A stretch of 64,000 nt of DNA from an uncultured SAR86 cluster bacterium (GCA_902578495.1 CACHCY010000002.1:66320-130319); one strand, 5' to 3'; shown: positions 44,954 to 54,534, counted from the first letter of the stretch. Notes: generated by a model not told the origin, from the sequence alone. Program-made: numbers and translations.

Positions 44954-45242
44954 TTCTGTGAAAAAAATCTTATTAATTTTAATTGTTTTCTTTATTGCAG
45001 GTTGTGCTAGCACTGCATTAGCAATAACTGGAGGAAAAATTATAAGTCACGAATTCAAGTCATATCATTTTAGTGATGAGGATTATCTTGATATTTTTAA
45101 CTTAAAAAATGGCGAAAGAATTACTAAGTACTCCACTAACCACGAAGAACAAGTAGAAGTAAGAAAAATACGTACTCATCATGATGGCGTGGATAGAACT
45201 ATCTGGATAGTTGATATAGTAGAAACGGTTGAACAAAAATAA
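44946..45242 (+). CDS. hypothetical lipoprotein (94-98 aa)
   Basis: Signal peptide with lipobox IAGC. Start is either TTG at 44946 or GTG at 44958. Overlaps or abuts the glmS end. Confidence 0.45.
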   Translation: MNDSVKKILLILIVFFIAGCASTALAITGGKIISHEFKSYHFSDEDYLDIFNLKNGERITKYSTNHEEQVEVRKIRTHHDGVDRTIWIVDIVETVEQK

Positions 45243-45249
45243 GGCAGCA

Positions 45250-46374
45250 ATGGAACAAATTGTAATTAGCGGTACTGGTGTTTTTACACCAGAACAGTCC
45301 ATAACCAATGAAGAGTTAGTTAAGGCATACAACGAATATGCTAAGAAATTTAATTTATTAAACAAGCAAGACATAGATTCAGGCAAAACAGATGCATTAG
45401 AATTATCCAATGAAGAATTTATTTTTAATGCTTCTGGTATTAAGAATAGGTTCGTTCTGGATAAGGAGGGCATCCTTGATCCAGAAGTTATGCATCCAAT
45501 TTTAGACAAAAGAAGTGATGACCAACCATCAATTCTTGCTGAAATGTCAATTAAGGCTGCAAAAAAAGCTTTAGACAATGCAGGCAAAACTCCAAAAGAT
45601 ATTGATGCAGTCATTACTGCTTGTTCAAACCTTGAAAGAGCATATCCAGCTATTTCCATAGAAGTTCAAGAATTATTAGGTATTGAGGGGTTTGCTTTTG
45701 ATATGAATGTAGCGTGTTCCTCGGCGACATTTGCTATTCAAGCTGCAGCAGACATGATTCGCTCGGGTAGCGCAAAAACTATTCTGATAGTGGATCCAGA
45801 AATTTGCTCAGGTCATTTAGATTTTAAAGATCGTGATTGTCATTTTATTTTCGGCGACGTCTGCACCGCCATGATACTCGAGAGGAAAGACACAGCTGAA
45901 TCGAATAATTGTTTTGAAATAATTTCAACTAAGTGCATCACTCAATTCTCAAATAATATTAGGAATAATTTTGGTTTCCTTAACAGTGCAAAAAAATCTT
46001 CACCACTAGACAGGGACCTTTTGTTTATGCAGCAAGGCCGAAAAGTTTTTAAAGAAGTTGTTCCAATGGTTAGTCAGTTGATTCTTGAGCACTTAAATGA
46101 AGAGAAGATCCAAACTGACGAAATAAAAAGACTCTGGCTTCATCAAGCTAACAAGAGCATGAACGACTTAATTGGAAAAAAAGTACTAGGCAGGACTCCT
46201 GAGGAGTATGAGCAGCCCAACATATTACAAGATTATGCGAATACTTCCTCGGCTGGGTCCATAATCGCTTTTTCAAAATTTAGCGACGATATGAATAAAA
46301 ATGAAATTGGTGTCTTATGTTCATTTGGCGCAGGATATTCTGCTGGGAGCATAATTCTCAAGAAAATTTCTTAA
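45250..46374 (+). CDS. beta-ketoacyl-ACP synthase III family protein (long-form FabH-like)
   Basis: Cys-His-Asn triad contexts (NVACSSATFAIQ, WLHQANKSMN, YANTSSAGSI). Start placed at the ATG at 45250. Confidence 0.8.
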   Translation: MEQIVISGTGVFTPEQSITNEELVKAYNEYAKKFNLLNKQDIDSGKTDALELSNEEFIFNASGIKNRFVLDKEGILDPEVMHPILDKRSDDQPSILAEMSIKAAKKALDNAGKTPKDIDAVITACSNLERAYPAISIEVQELLGIEGFAFDMNVACSSATFAIQAAADMIRSGSAKTILIVDPEICSGHLDFKDRDCHFIFGDVCTAMILERKDTAESNNCFEIISTKCITQFSNNIRNNFGFLNSAKKSSPLDRDLLFMQQGRKVFKEVVPMVSQLILEHLNEEKIQTDEIKRLWLHQANKSMNDLIGKKVLGRTPEEYEQPNILQDYANTSSAGSIIAFSKFSDDMNKNEIGVLCSFGAGYSAGSIILKKIS

Positions 46375-46385
46375 AGGGAGAGAAA

Positions 46386-46874
46386 ATGCCAGAAATGACT
46401 ATCTTAGGATGGTTTCACACCGTCACCGGAGTTATTGCTGTATTGAGCGGCTTTTATACCTTGTATAAGTATAAAATCATTTCAAGTCAGCAGAAAATAG
46501 GAAGACTATATATTTTAGTGACGGCAATTGTGGCTGGTTCGGCGTTAGGCATCTACAATCAGGGCAGTTTTGGTGTCGCACATATTCTTGGTGTTCTGAC
46601 TTTAGTTGCCTTAGCGGGAGGCTATATTATGGAGAGATACCAATGGTTCGGATCTTTTTCAAAATATTTCCAAGCGCTCGGCTACACTTCGACGCTCCTA
46701 TTTCATATGATTCCAGCTATTTCCGATTTTTTAAGAAGGCTGCCTTTAGGAGACCCTTTCATTGATTCATTTGAAGATCCTTTGCTATTGAATTTCCATC
46801 TAGCCTTTTTAATTATTTACCTCATAGGAATTATTGCTCAAATGATCTGGCTTAATAAACGCGCCACCCAATAA
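46386..46874 (+). CDS. hypothetical polytopic membrane protein (162 aa)
   Basis: ATG at 46386 preceded by AGGGAGAG. 4-5 predicted TM helices. Family uncertain. Confidence 0.5.
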   Translation: MPEMTILGWFHTVTGVIAVLSGFYTLYKYKIISSQQKIGRLYILVTAIVAGSALGIYNQGSFGVAHILGVLTLVALAGGYIMERYQWFGSFSKYFQALGYTSTLLFHMIPAISDFLRRLPLGDPFIDSFEDPLLLNFHLAFLIIYLIGIIAQMIWLNKRATQ

Positions 46875-46889
46875 GAAACCTAGGAATAA

Positions 46890-47288
46890 ATGGAAAAGAC
46901 TTTCATCACTATCGGCAGAGCTTTGCTTGGTCTTTATTTTTTATTGCCAGGGATTTCCAAAATTCCAACTTACGCGCTCACAATTGAATACATGAGTCTT
47001 CATAACATACCATTTGAGAACATTCTTTTGCCCATTACAATATTTTTGCAATTAGTCTTAGGATCAACTCTCATAATAGGGTATCGCATAAAAGAATCTG
47101 CTTTAGTTCTCGCAGCATTGACTATTTTGATAAATATTGGAATGCATGACTTCTGGAATGATTATCCAAATACAGATGCAGGCCATGAACTACAAAACTT
47201 TTTTAAAAATTTAGGAATTTTTGCAGGATTGTTAGCGTTGAGTGCGAGCAATAATATCCCTCAATGGAGGCTTCTTAAGCATTCTTGA
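46890..47288 (+). CDS. DoxX-family membrane protein
   Basis: 132 aa with 4 TM helices. N-terminal RALLGLYFLLPGISK resembles the DoxX signature. Confidence 0.5.
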   Translation: MEKTFITIGRALLGLYFLLPGISKIPTYALTIEYMSLHNIPFENILLPITIFLQLVLGSTLIIGYRIKESALVLAALTILINIGMHDFWNDYPNTDAGHELQNFFKNLGIFAGLLALSASNNIPQWRLLKHS

Positions 47289-47335
47289 TAATTTCTTCTT
47301 AAGACAATTTATTTTAGTGAATGTAGAATAATTGA

Positions 47336-48556
47336 ATGGGGAAAATTGATAAGTCAGAAAATATAAAAAAAGAAGCTAGTTTGCAGCTTCCTGAAGTTGA
47401 TTGGCTTGAAAAAGAATCTGACCCTAAGAAATTTTTTAAAGATCTTAAATACGCCTTATCTGAATTTGGGTTTATGGTGTTAACAAATGCGCCAGGTCTA
47501 TCCGATGAATTCCAGCAACAAGCATTTAAAGAAGTAAGAGGTTTTTTTGATTCGCCGGTAGAGCTTAAAAAGACTTCTTATATTGGTAAAACTCCATATT
47601 TTAGAGGATATAGTTTACCAACGCCGGCTGATAGTGGTTTTGGACAAGTTATTGAAGCATTTCAGTACGGCTTCGAGCAGGAGCCTTTGTGTGAATACGA
47701 TGATAAATCTCAGCCCATCCATCGCAGATTATTTCGCGGTCCAAACACTTGGCCAGATGAAGAGTCGCTTCCAGGATTTCGACCGCTTATTGATGATTTA
47801 AATCAGCGCTATCACCGCTTAACCCACCTGCTAGGCGAGGCAATTGTAGAATCACTAGGAGAAGATGTTGAAGCGTTTCGTGAATATTTTGATTTCAACG
47901 ATCCTGATTTGGCCGCTAGCCTGAATCATAATTATGGACTAGATGCTTATGCTGAAGAAGATCAATATGCAGTTCGTCAAGAATATAAAAAATTCTCTAG
48001 CGATAAGGTCGGCGCGCACATTGATGGACCGCCTTTTATTGCTTTATTAATTAATGATAGGCCTGGTCTTCAAGTTGTAGCTGCTGAAGGCGAATGGATT
48101 GATGCACCCGCAACCTGTCGAACAGCGCCAGGAGATTATCATGTTCCCGTAATTCCTGGATCAGTCATTGTTAATACCGGCGGCACTCTAATGCATTTAA
48201 GTGAGGGGCGTTACTCAGCAACCTTGCATCGAGTTAACACTACTTTAATTCCTAAAGGCGAAACACGAGTTTCAATGCCATATTTTTTAATACCTAAAAT
48301 GGAGGGAGACTTAATACCTTTTGGGAAATCCAAGGCTGGTTCGGTTGGCGTGGGAGGTTATGAATCTGGACGAGATAGAGGCGCTAACGCAAGCGTCAAT
48401 CGAATGGGTACTTTTCCTCAGGTGACGCGTCGTTGGTGGACTGAGGAGTATTCAGAACTTCGTCAACAGCAGCGTAATGAAGTTGAGGCCGAAACCCAGG
48501 CAGCATATAAGCTTGCCAAAGAAAGAGGCGAACGTTTCACTGATCAGAAAACTTAA
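47336..48556 (+). CDS. 2-oxoglutarate/Fe(II)-dependent oxygenase (isopenicillin N synthase-like) with C-terminal extension
   Basis: HxD (AHIDGP), distal His (ATLHRV) and RxS (RVSMPYF) facial-triad and 2OG-binding motifs. About 70 extra charged residues at the C-terminus. Confidence 0.75.
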   Translation: MGKIDKSENIKKEASLQLPEVDWLEKESDPKKFFKDLKYALSEFGFMVLTNAPGLSDEFQQQAFKEVRGFFDSPVELKKTSYIGKTPYFRGYSLPTPADSGFGQVIEAFQYGFEQEPLCEYDDKSQPIHRRLFRGPNTWPDEESLPGFRPLIDDLNQRYHRLTHLLGEAIVESLGEDVEAFREYFDFNDPDLAASLNHNYGLDAYAEEDQYAVRQEYKKFSSDKVGAHIDGPPFIALLINDRPGLQVVAAEGEWIDAPATCRTAPGDYHVPVIPGSVIVNTGGTLMHLSEGRYSATLHRVNTTLIPKGETRVSMPYFLIPKMEGDLIPFGKSKAGSVGVGGYESGRDRGANASVNRMGTFPQVTRRWWTEEYSELRQQQRNEVEAETQAAYKLAKERGERFTDQKT

Positions 48557-48603
48557 AAAATATAAAAAAGTTTTATGGTCTCAGACAAAATTAGGAGAAA
48601 AAA

Positions 48604-49125
48604 ATGAGGAGAATAATTACCGGCCATAACGATAGTGGAAAATCTGTCATATCCATTGACGGACCACCGGCAAGATCAATCGGCGAAGAAGCTGGTGGTC
48701 TTTATGAAATTTGGAATACCAACGGAGGTGGTTTTGACACAACTTCAAACGAGGATAGGGCTGATATTGATATCGTCTTGTCTCCTGTGCAAAAAGGTAC
48801 AAAGTTTAGGTATTTTCAAATAAATCCAATCCCTGAAGGTGTTCCTCGAGAAGCTATTGAGGCAGCCACCGCAGAGGCTTTTGAAAAAATAGGTGCGGCT
48901 CATCATAGGGTAGACACATCAAGAAATGCTGCGATGCATGAAACAGATACTATTGATTACATTATTCTGTTGAAAGGCGATGTGACTTTGATCTTAGATG
49001 AAGAAGAGGTTCAGTTAAGGCCCCACGATGTTGTTGTACAAAGAGCAACAAATCATGCCTGGGTAAACAATGGATCTGAGCCAGCTCTTTTAATAGCTGT
49101 CCTTATTGATAGCAGCATTGTTTAA
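48604..49125 (+). CDS. cupin domain protein
   Basis: MHETDTIDYIILLKGDVTLILD...HDVVVQRATNHAWVN fits the cupin two-motif pattern. Confidence 0.6.
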   Translation: MRRIITGHNDSGKSVISIDGPPARSIGEEAGGLYEIWNTNGGGFDTTSNEDRADIDIVLSPVQKGTKFRYFQINPIPEGVPREAIEAATAEAFEKIGAAHHRVDTSRNAAMHETDTIDYIILLKGDVTLILDEEEVQLRPHDVVVQRATNHAWVNNGSEPALLIAVLIDSSIV

Positions 49126-49198
49126 TTTAAATTTCTGACAAAAAATGCTAACAATCTTTATTTCTTAATGTAGAGTATGATTTCTTTAGAAGTTAAAA

Positions 49199-49621
49199 AT
49201 GATTAAAACTCAATTAACGACGGATAAATTTGCAATGACCATATCATTTGCATGTATTGTGCACTGCTTTTTTGTTCCATCTTTCATAATCTTGTCTTCG
49301 GGTGTCTTTCCCCTGGCATTGGACAATGAAGTAGTCCATAAATTAATAGTTTTAATTGCCGTGCCAGTAAGTATATTTTCTTTGTACTTAGGATATAAGA
49401 ATCACAAAACCTTCTCTTTTATTCCTTTAGGAATCTTTGGGCTTGCGCTTCTCATAACCGCAGTTATGCTTGGTGAAAGCATTTTGGGAGAATTTGGAGA
49501 AAAAGGCTTCACATTATTAGGCTCAATTTTTGTGGCCTTTGCTCATTTCAGGAATCATCAAATTTGTAAGCAGTTAGATTGTGATTGCCACGAGAACGAT
49601 AGGCTTGTTTCTGATTCCTAA
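49199..49621 (+). CDS. MerC-domain-like membrane protein with Cys/His-rich tail
   Basis: FACIVHCFFVP in the first TM helix resembles MerC-domain proteins. 4 TM helices. Tail is HFRNHQICKQLDCDCHEND. Confidence 0.45.
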   Translation: MIKTQLTTDKFAMTISFACIVHCFFVPSFIILSSGVFPLALDNEVVHKLIVLIAVPVSIFSLYLGYKNHKTFSFIPLGIFGLALLITAVMLGESILGEFGEKGFTLLGSIFVAFAHFRNHQICKQLDCDCHENDRLVSDS

Positions 49622-49674
49622 TTCTCTGCAGTCCTAACTTTTGTATTCAGTTTAATTTTCACAGACTATAATCA

Positions 49675-50103
49675 ATGAGCAATAATGCTTATTTTTTTTC
49701 TATTGATATGAGCAAGGAAATTAAAGATCAGGTTAAACAGCTTCTCGACGTCTGGATGGAGGCATTCAATAACAGAGATTTAGAAGGTTGGTCCAACACT
49801 CATAACTTTCCTCATGTAAGAATTGCAGGAGGGCAAGTTTCGTTATGGGAAACAAAAGATGACTACATAAGTCATTTTAGCAAGCCCGATATGTTTGAAT
49901 CTTTAGAAGCAGCCGGCTGGCACCATTCAAAATGGGTTTCAAGAGATTTTGATTTAGTCTCTGAAGAAAAAGTCCACGTATCAGTTGTTTTTCAAAGATA
50001 CGATAAAGAAAATAATCCTCACAGTAAATTCGAAGCTCTTTATGTTGTAACAAAAATAAATTCAAATTGGGGCGTTCAAGTTAGGTCAAGTTTAGCTCCT
50101 TGA
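49675..50103 (+). CDS. NTF2/SnoaL-like fold protein (hypothetical)
   Basis: 142 aa with an N-terminal helix VKQLLDVWMEAFNNRDLEGW, typical of SnoaL/DUF4440-like proteins. Confidence 0.35.
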   Translation: MSNNAYFFSIDMSKEIKDQVKQLLDVWMEAFNNRDLEGWSNTHNFPHVRIAGGQVSLWETKDDYISHFSKPDMFESLEAAGWHHSKWVSRDFDLVSEEKVHVSVVFQRYDKENNPHSKFEALYVVTKINSNWGVQVRSSLAP

Positions 50104-50130
50104 CGATATAGATTTACAATTAGAGAACAG

Positions 50131-50523
50131 ATGGAAGACAAAATCACTTTGCATAAAAGAATCCTTAGAGTGCTGATTATTGCCTCACTATTTGCCACTG
50201 CTTGTTTGATAGCGCTAAATCCAGCAAAGGCCATTTCTGAGGAGATAAACCAAATAAACTATTTTGCGATAATTGGCTTTTCTTTTTATCTTCTTTCTTT
50301 GGCGCTATTATTTTTCCTAAACTCATGGGGGAAGATACTTTTCACTATTTATGTTTTAGAGGGACTTGTAGCGAGATGGTATGGCCCAGAATACATAGAG
50401 CCATCTGAAAGTTTATTTCTTCTATTTACTTATCTCGAAGGGATGATAGAAGGATCTATTTTAGTGTTAATTTTTTTAACGCCTATGACAAAACTTTTTA
50501 AGTCTGTTAAAGGTCATCTTTAA
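50131..50523 (+). CDS. hypothetical membrane protein (130 aa)
   Basis: 3-4 hydrophobic helices. No family recognised. Confidence 0.35.
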   Translation: MEDKITLHKRILRVLIIASLFATACLIALNPAKAISEEINQINYFAIIGFSFYLLSLALLFFLNSWGKILFTIYVLEGLVARWYGPEYIEPSESLFLLFTYLEGMIEGSILVLIFLTPMTKLFKSVKGHL

Positions 50524-50535
50524 CGCTTAGTTGAA

Positions 50536-51834
50536 CTAATTAACGCAGGAGCCAGATTTATCTTGATTAGCTGCAGCAAGTAGAGCTTTGTGCACATCGG
50601 TATTATCCAGAGTACCCGTAAAATTCTCTGCCCCAGGGCCATAGGCATATATTGGGACCGGGACTCCTGTATGAGAACCTCTTCCTATGCCAGTATTGAA
50701 AGAGAATTTAATATCAAGATTTTCATATTTTCTAGGATCATTGGGCTCTATTAGAAGGCCTCCCGTCTCATGATCGGCTGTAACAACTACAAGGGTATCT
50801 TGATTCTTTTTAGCAAACTCTAGAGCCCATTTGATTCCATCTTCAAGGTCAGACATTTCTCTCATTAGGTATTCAAAATCGTTACCATGACCCGCCCAAT
50901 CAACTTGCGAAGCTTCAGCCATAATGAAAAAACCTCTGCATCCATTCTCTATGAACTTTTTTGATCTATTAACTGAGAATTCAAGCATCTTTTCAATAGA
51001 TGGCTCTGTCGAATGATTTTCAGGTGTATTTTCGTCTCGCAAATGTTCGTCGGCAAATAACCCAAAAACCTGACTATCGCCATAACTAGCAGGATTGCTT
51101 AACTCTGATTTATCGGTGATCAACCTTGACTTAGATTTAATTTTTTCAATTAGCTTAATACCGTCCTCTCTATTTCCGCCATCTTCCTCGGGTATAAAAA
51201 ACTTTCTTCCGCCGCCTAGAATATTTTTTATTTTTGAATCAGTCATTTGGATGCTGATTTCATCGGTCAAGTACCTAGAGCTCGTATGGACAACAAACGC
51301 TGCAGGAGTAGCATGCGTTACTTCAGAGGTTGATATTACTGAGCTTACGTAACCGGATCTATCCAATGTTTCAGTGATGTTTTCAATCGGTTGTTCATTA
51401 ACATCAACACCTAGAGCTCTATTATTGGTTTTTTTACCAGTGCTAAACGCAGTACCTGATGATGCAGAGTCTGTAACAATAGCATTGGCTGAGTGCGTTA
51501 AGACTTTTCCAGAGTATGGAAAGTTATCTACGGCCACTCTTGAATTTGGTCCTCCTTGATAAATCCTAAATGCAGAGACTTGGCTTACACTCATTCCGTC
51601 TCCAATAAATAAAATGATGTTTTTGGCTTTCTTTTTCACTTGTTTTAAGTTTTTAACAGGCACTTTTTCATCGATTGCCACTTCTTTTACGAAGACATCC
51701 TTATCGTCGAGGGTGCCTGATGGGATTGGAAAATTATTTACTATGTATTCTCTTCCTAAATGCTCCATTAATTTAGCACCACCAAATAAACCTAATCCTA
51801 AGGCCACCACTGCTATTATTATTTTTGCTCTCAT
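50536..51834 (-). CDS. phoA: alkaline phosphatase (PhoA family)
   Basis: GDGMS, active-site DSASSGTAFSTG and ADHETGG motifs. N-terminal signal/anchor. Confidence 0.9.
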   Translation of the reverse strand: MRAKIIIAVVALGLGLFGGAKLMEHLGREYIVNNFPIPSGTLDDKDVFVKEVAIDEKVPVKNLKQVKKKAKNIILFIGDGMSVSQVSAFRIYQGGPNSRVAVDNFPYSGKVLTHSANAIVTDSASSGTAFSTGKKTNNRALGVDVNEQPIENITETLDRSGYVSSVISTSEVTHATPAAFVVHTSSRYLTDEISIQMTDSKIKNILGGGRKFFIPEEDGGNREDGIKLIEKIKSKSRLITDKSELSNPASYGDSQVFGLFADEHLRDENTPENHSTEPSIEKMLEFSVNRSKKFIENGCRGFFIMAEASQVDWAGHGNDFEYLMREMSDLEDGIKWALEFAKKNQDTLVVVTADHETGGLLIEPNDPRKYENLDIKFSFNTGIGRGSHTGVPVPIYAYGPGAENFTGTLDNTDVHKALLAAANQDKSGSCVN

Positions 51835-52427
51835 AGTTTCTCTTCCAAAAGTTGTATTCTATCGTTTCCAAAATACATATCATCTCCATTTAAGAAAAAT
51901 GTCGGGGAACCAAAACCGCCCCTATCAATTAGCTCTTGTGTATTGGAGACCAATCTTTCTTTTGCTTCAGGGGTTTTGATGAAGTCAAAATATTCTTCCG
52001 CAGAACCATTTAATTGAACAACAATAGACTTCAAAATATCATCTTCAGATATATCTTTTCCTTTTGTCCAGTAGGCATAAAAAACTGCTTCTAAATAATC
52101 TTCTATCTTGCCCGCATCTTGAAAAAAGAAGGATCCTCTCATGGCTTTCACGCTATTGACTGGAAAGACCTTAGGCATTGTTATATCCAGCCCCCTTGAT
52201 TTAGACCAATCCTCGAGATCCTTCTGAGAGTAGACTAATTTTTCTTTGATTGGATTTTGTCTACTTTCATAAACACTAGGATTAATGGTATTAAAGATGC
52301 CGCCTACTAAAATAGGCTTCCAAATAATTTCAAAGCTTTTTCGTTTAGAAAGCTCTTGTATACCTTTGAATGAAAGGTAGGTCCAAGGGCTGCTGCAATC
52401 TAAAAAATATTCAACTTTATTGCTCAT
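51831..52427 (-). CDS. 2-hydroxychromene-2-carboxylate isomerase / DsbA-like (kappa-GST) family protein
   Basis: VEYFLDCSSPWTYLSF N-terminus and C-terminal GGFGSPTFFLNG...YFGNDR, typical of the HCCA isomerase family. Confidence 0.7.
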   Translation of the reverse strand: MSNKVEYFLDCSSPWTYLSFKGIQELSKRKSFEIIWKPILVGGIFNTINPSVYESRQNPIKEKLVYSQKDLEDWSKSRGLDITMPKVFPVNSVKAMRGSFFFQDAGKIEDYLEAVFYAYWTKGKDISEDDILKSIVVQLNGSAEEYFDFIKTPEAKERLVSNTQELIDRGGFGSPTFFLNGDDMYFGNDRIQLLEEKL

Positions 52428-52495
52428 ACTTCATCGTAATGTACCCTAGAGATTGCTAATATAAAAACACTAGTTTCAATATTTTTGGAGGATGC

Positions 52496-53278
52496 GTGAA
52501 GTTTAAAATTTTATTTACCATTATTTTGTTTGTGTTCGCTTCTTTGGGCTCAGCTGATGAATTGAGGAATGCGGTGGAGAGCAAGGATAGATCAGAAAAA
52601 AATATTGTGAGAGATGAATTTAGGAAGCCATACGAGACTCTGTCTTTTTTTCAACTAGAGCCAAACATGACTATCTTAGAGCTATCTCCTGGAGGAGGAT
52701 GGTACACAGAAATACTTGCAGATTTTGTGCGCAAATCAGGAAATTTAATTGCTGCACATTTCAGCAAAGATTCTGATAGAGCTTATTTTAGAAACAGCAG
52801 AATCAATTTTGATAAAAAAGTTAAGGAAAATGATCTTTATGAAAAAGTTACGGTAGTCGATCTTAATTCAAAGCTTTCAGATCCAAGCACAGTCGATGCA
52901 GTGCTAACTTTTAGAAATCTACATAATTGGCTTGGACCAAATATGGATAAAATTTTTTCTAACAGCTATGTTGCTTTGAAGCCAGGAGGATTATTTGGAA
53001 TAGTGGAGCACAGAGCTAAAGCCGGCACGTCCATGGAGGCCATGAAAAAAAGTGGTTACGTTACTGAACAGCATGCAATCAAAATAGCCAAAAAACATGG
53101 ATTTGAACTTTTAGCCAAATCTGAAATTAATGCCAATCCAAAAGATTCCGCAGACCATCCTAGGGGAGTCTGGACTTTGCCTCCTGTTTTAAGGCTCAAG
53201 GAAAAGGATAAAGAGAAATATTTAGCTATTGGAGAGAGCGACAGGATGACTTTGTTATTTAGAAAGCCAAAATCCTGA
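52496..53278 (+). CDS. class I SAM-dependent methyltransferase-fold protein with signal peptide
   Basis: Signal peptide (LFVFASLGSA), ILELSPGGGWYTE motif I and LKPGGLFGIVEH. GTG start preceded by GGAGG. Confidence 0.65.
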   Translation: MKFKILFTIILFVFASLGSADELRNAVESKDRSEKNIVRDEFRKPYETLSFFQLEPNMTILELSPGGGWYTEILADFVRKSGNLIAAHFSKDSDRAYFRNSRINFDKKVKENDLYEKVTVVDLNSKLSDPSTVDAVLTFRNLHNWLGPNMDKIFSNSYVALKPGGLFGIVEHRAKAGTSMEAMKKSGYVTEQHAIKIAKKHGFELLAKSEINANPKDSADHPRGVWTLPPVLRLKEKDKEKYLAIGESDRMTLLFRKPKS

Positions 53279-53300
53279 ATTTAATCAAACTTTTCAGGAT
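53272..53300. terminator. hairpin between convergent genes (possible bidirectional terminator)
   Basis: 8-bp stem ATCCTGAA / TTCAGGAT with a 13-nt loop, spanning both stop codons. T-run only on the minus-strand side. Confidence 0.3.
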
Positions 53301-54403
53301 CAACCTATAGTCTGTACTTCAATTCTTTTTTCTGCTCTTTCTTTCCTTTTGGTCTTGTCATTGACTTGACCAACCAATTGCCCACAAGCTGCCATGATAT
53401 CTTCGCCTCTGGTTGTTCTGACAGTGGTTATGTAACCCTCCTTTTGGAGTATTTTTTTGAAAGTTTGAATTCGCATGTTAGAAGGCCTTTTATAAGAAGA
53501 ACCCGGGAAGGGATTAAATGGAATTAAATTAATCTTGCAAGGAAGCATTTTTAATAATTCGCAAAGTTCATAGGCATTTTCAATAGAATCATTCACCTTA
53601 TTTATCAATATGTACTCAATGGTTGTTTTTCTGCTGTCTCCGCACTTATCAACATACCTAATTACCGAATCTAAAAGTTTCCTAATGGGATATTTTTTAT
53701 TTATGGGGACCAATTCATTTCTTAATTGATCGTTTGGAGCATGCAGCGAAATTGTGAGCGCAGCATCCGTTACTTCAGACAACTTATCAATCAAAGGAAC
53801 TAAGCCCGAAGTGCTGAGTGTAACCTTCCTTTTTGAAAGGCCATAAGCTTTGTCATCCATCATCATGCTCATGGCGCCTGTTACCGCATCAAAATTCAAA
53901 AGAGGTTCTCCCATACCCATCATCACAACATTAGTCACTTTTCTGCTTGCATGATCTCGAGGAATACCAAAAGAATTCTCAGCGACCCAAAGTTGGCCTA
54001 TAATTTCGGATAATTCTAAGTTTCTAGAAAAACCCTGTTTGCCGGTAGCACAAAAACTACAATCAACCGCACATCCGACTTGTGAAGATATACAAAGTGT
54101 TGCTCTTTTGCCTTCCGGAATGAGCACCATCTCTACAAGATCACCTTCGCCGACACTGAGCACCCACTTTCTTGTTCCGTCTTTGGAATCCTTTTCTAAA
54201 ATAACCTTGGGAGCTGATATTTCAGCTTTTTCGCTAAGCTTTACTTGGAGTTCCTTGGAAATATTCGTCATGGCATAGAAATCAGAGACACCTTTTTGAT
54301 GAATCCACTGATAAACTTGCTTAGAGCGGAACGATTTTTCCCCTAAAGAAAGGAAAAACTTTTCTAGATCCTCCTGACTCAACCCTATTAAATTTTCCTT
54401 CAT
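53300..54403 (-). CDS. rlmN: 23S rRNA/tRNA (adenine-C2)-methyltransferase RlmN (radical SAM)
   Basis: Radical [22 protein letters not shown] and C-terminal AACGQL motifs. Confidence 0.93.
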   Translation of the reverse strand: MKENLIGLSQEDLEKFFLSLGEKSFRSKQVYQWIHQKGVSDFYAMTNISKELQVKLSEKAEISAPKVILEKDSKDGTRKWVLSVGEGDLVEMVLIPEGKRATLCISSQVGCAVDCSFCATGKQGFSRNLELSEIIGQLWVAENSFGIPRDHASRKVTNVVMMGMGEPLLNFDAVTGAMSMMMDDKAYGLSKRKVTLSTSGLVPLIDKLSEVTDAALTISLHAPNDQLRNELVPINKKYPIRKLLDSVIRYVDKCGDSRKTTIEYILINKVNDSIENAYELCELLKMLPCKINLIPFNPFPGSSYKRPSNMRIQTFKKILQKEGYITTVRTTRGEDIMAACGQLVGQVNDKTKRKERAEKRIEVQTIG

Positions 54404-54534
54404 TTTTGAATAAAGCTCCTAAATTTATGGCATTTTAGGGAAAAGGAGATGTCTCGGATACCTTTCAAACGAAAAATGTAATTGTAAATTTTGCTTAAAT
54501 TCCTTAACCTATTCATCTTGTAGAGGGGTTATTT

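Noticed and set aside
45102-45659. 185-aa minus-strand ORF overlapping the lipoprotein and KASIII genes
   Set aside because: It is antisense to a plus-strand gene with an intact condensing-enzyme catalytic triad. Its translation is low-complexity (Ser/Leu/Ile-rich) with no recognisable motifs, so it is probably a shadow ORF.
47336-49125. Apparent GC elevation of the 2OG-oxygenase/cupin pair as a sign of horizontal transfer
   Set aside because: Hand counts of a few 60-nt lines gave ~45-55% here. Other core genes (atp, dnaA) gave ~42-45%, and neighbouring genes 38-43%. Local variation is too large to claim an anomaly without a proper sliding-window or codon-usage calculation.
51614-51979. 121-aa plus-strand ORF across the phoA/HCCA-isomerase junction
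   Set aside because: It is antisense to two motif-supported minus-strand genes, so it is a shadow ORF.
54449-54481. 10-codon mini-ORF (MSRIPFKRKM) in the rlmN / PhyH-like spacer
   Set aside because: The GGAG abuts the ATG with no spacing, and I have no conservation evidence. It is too short to support.
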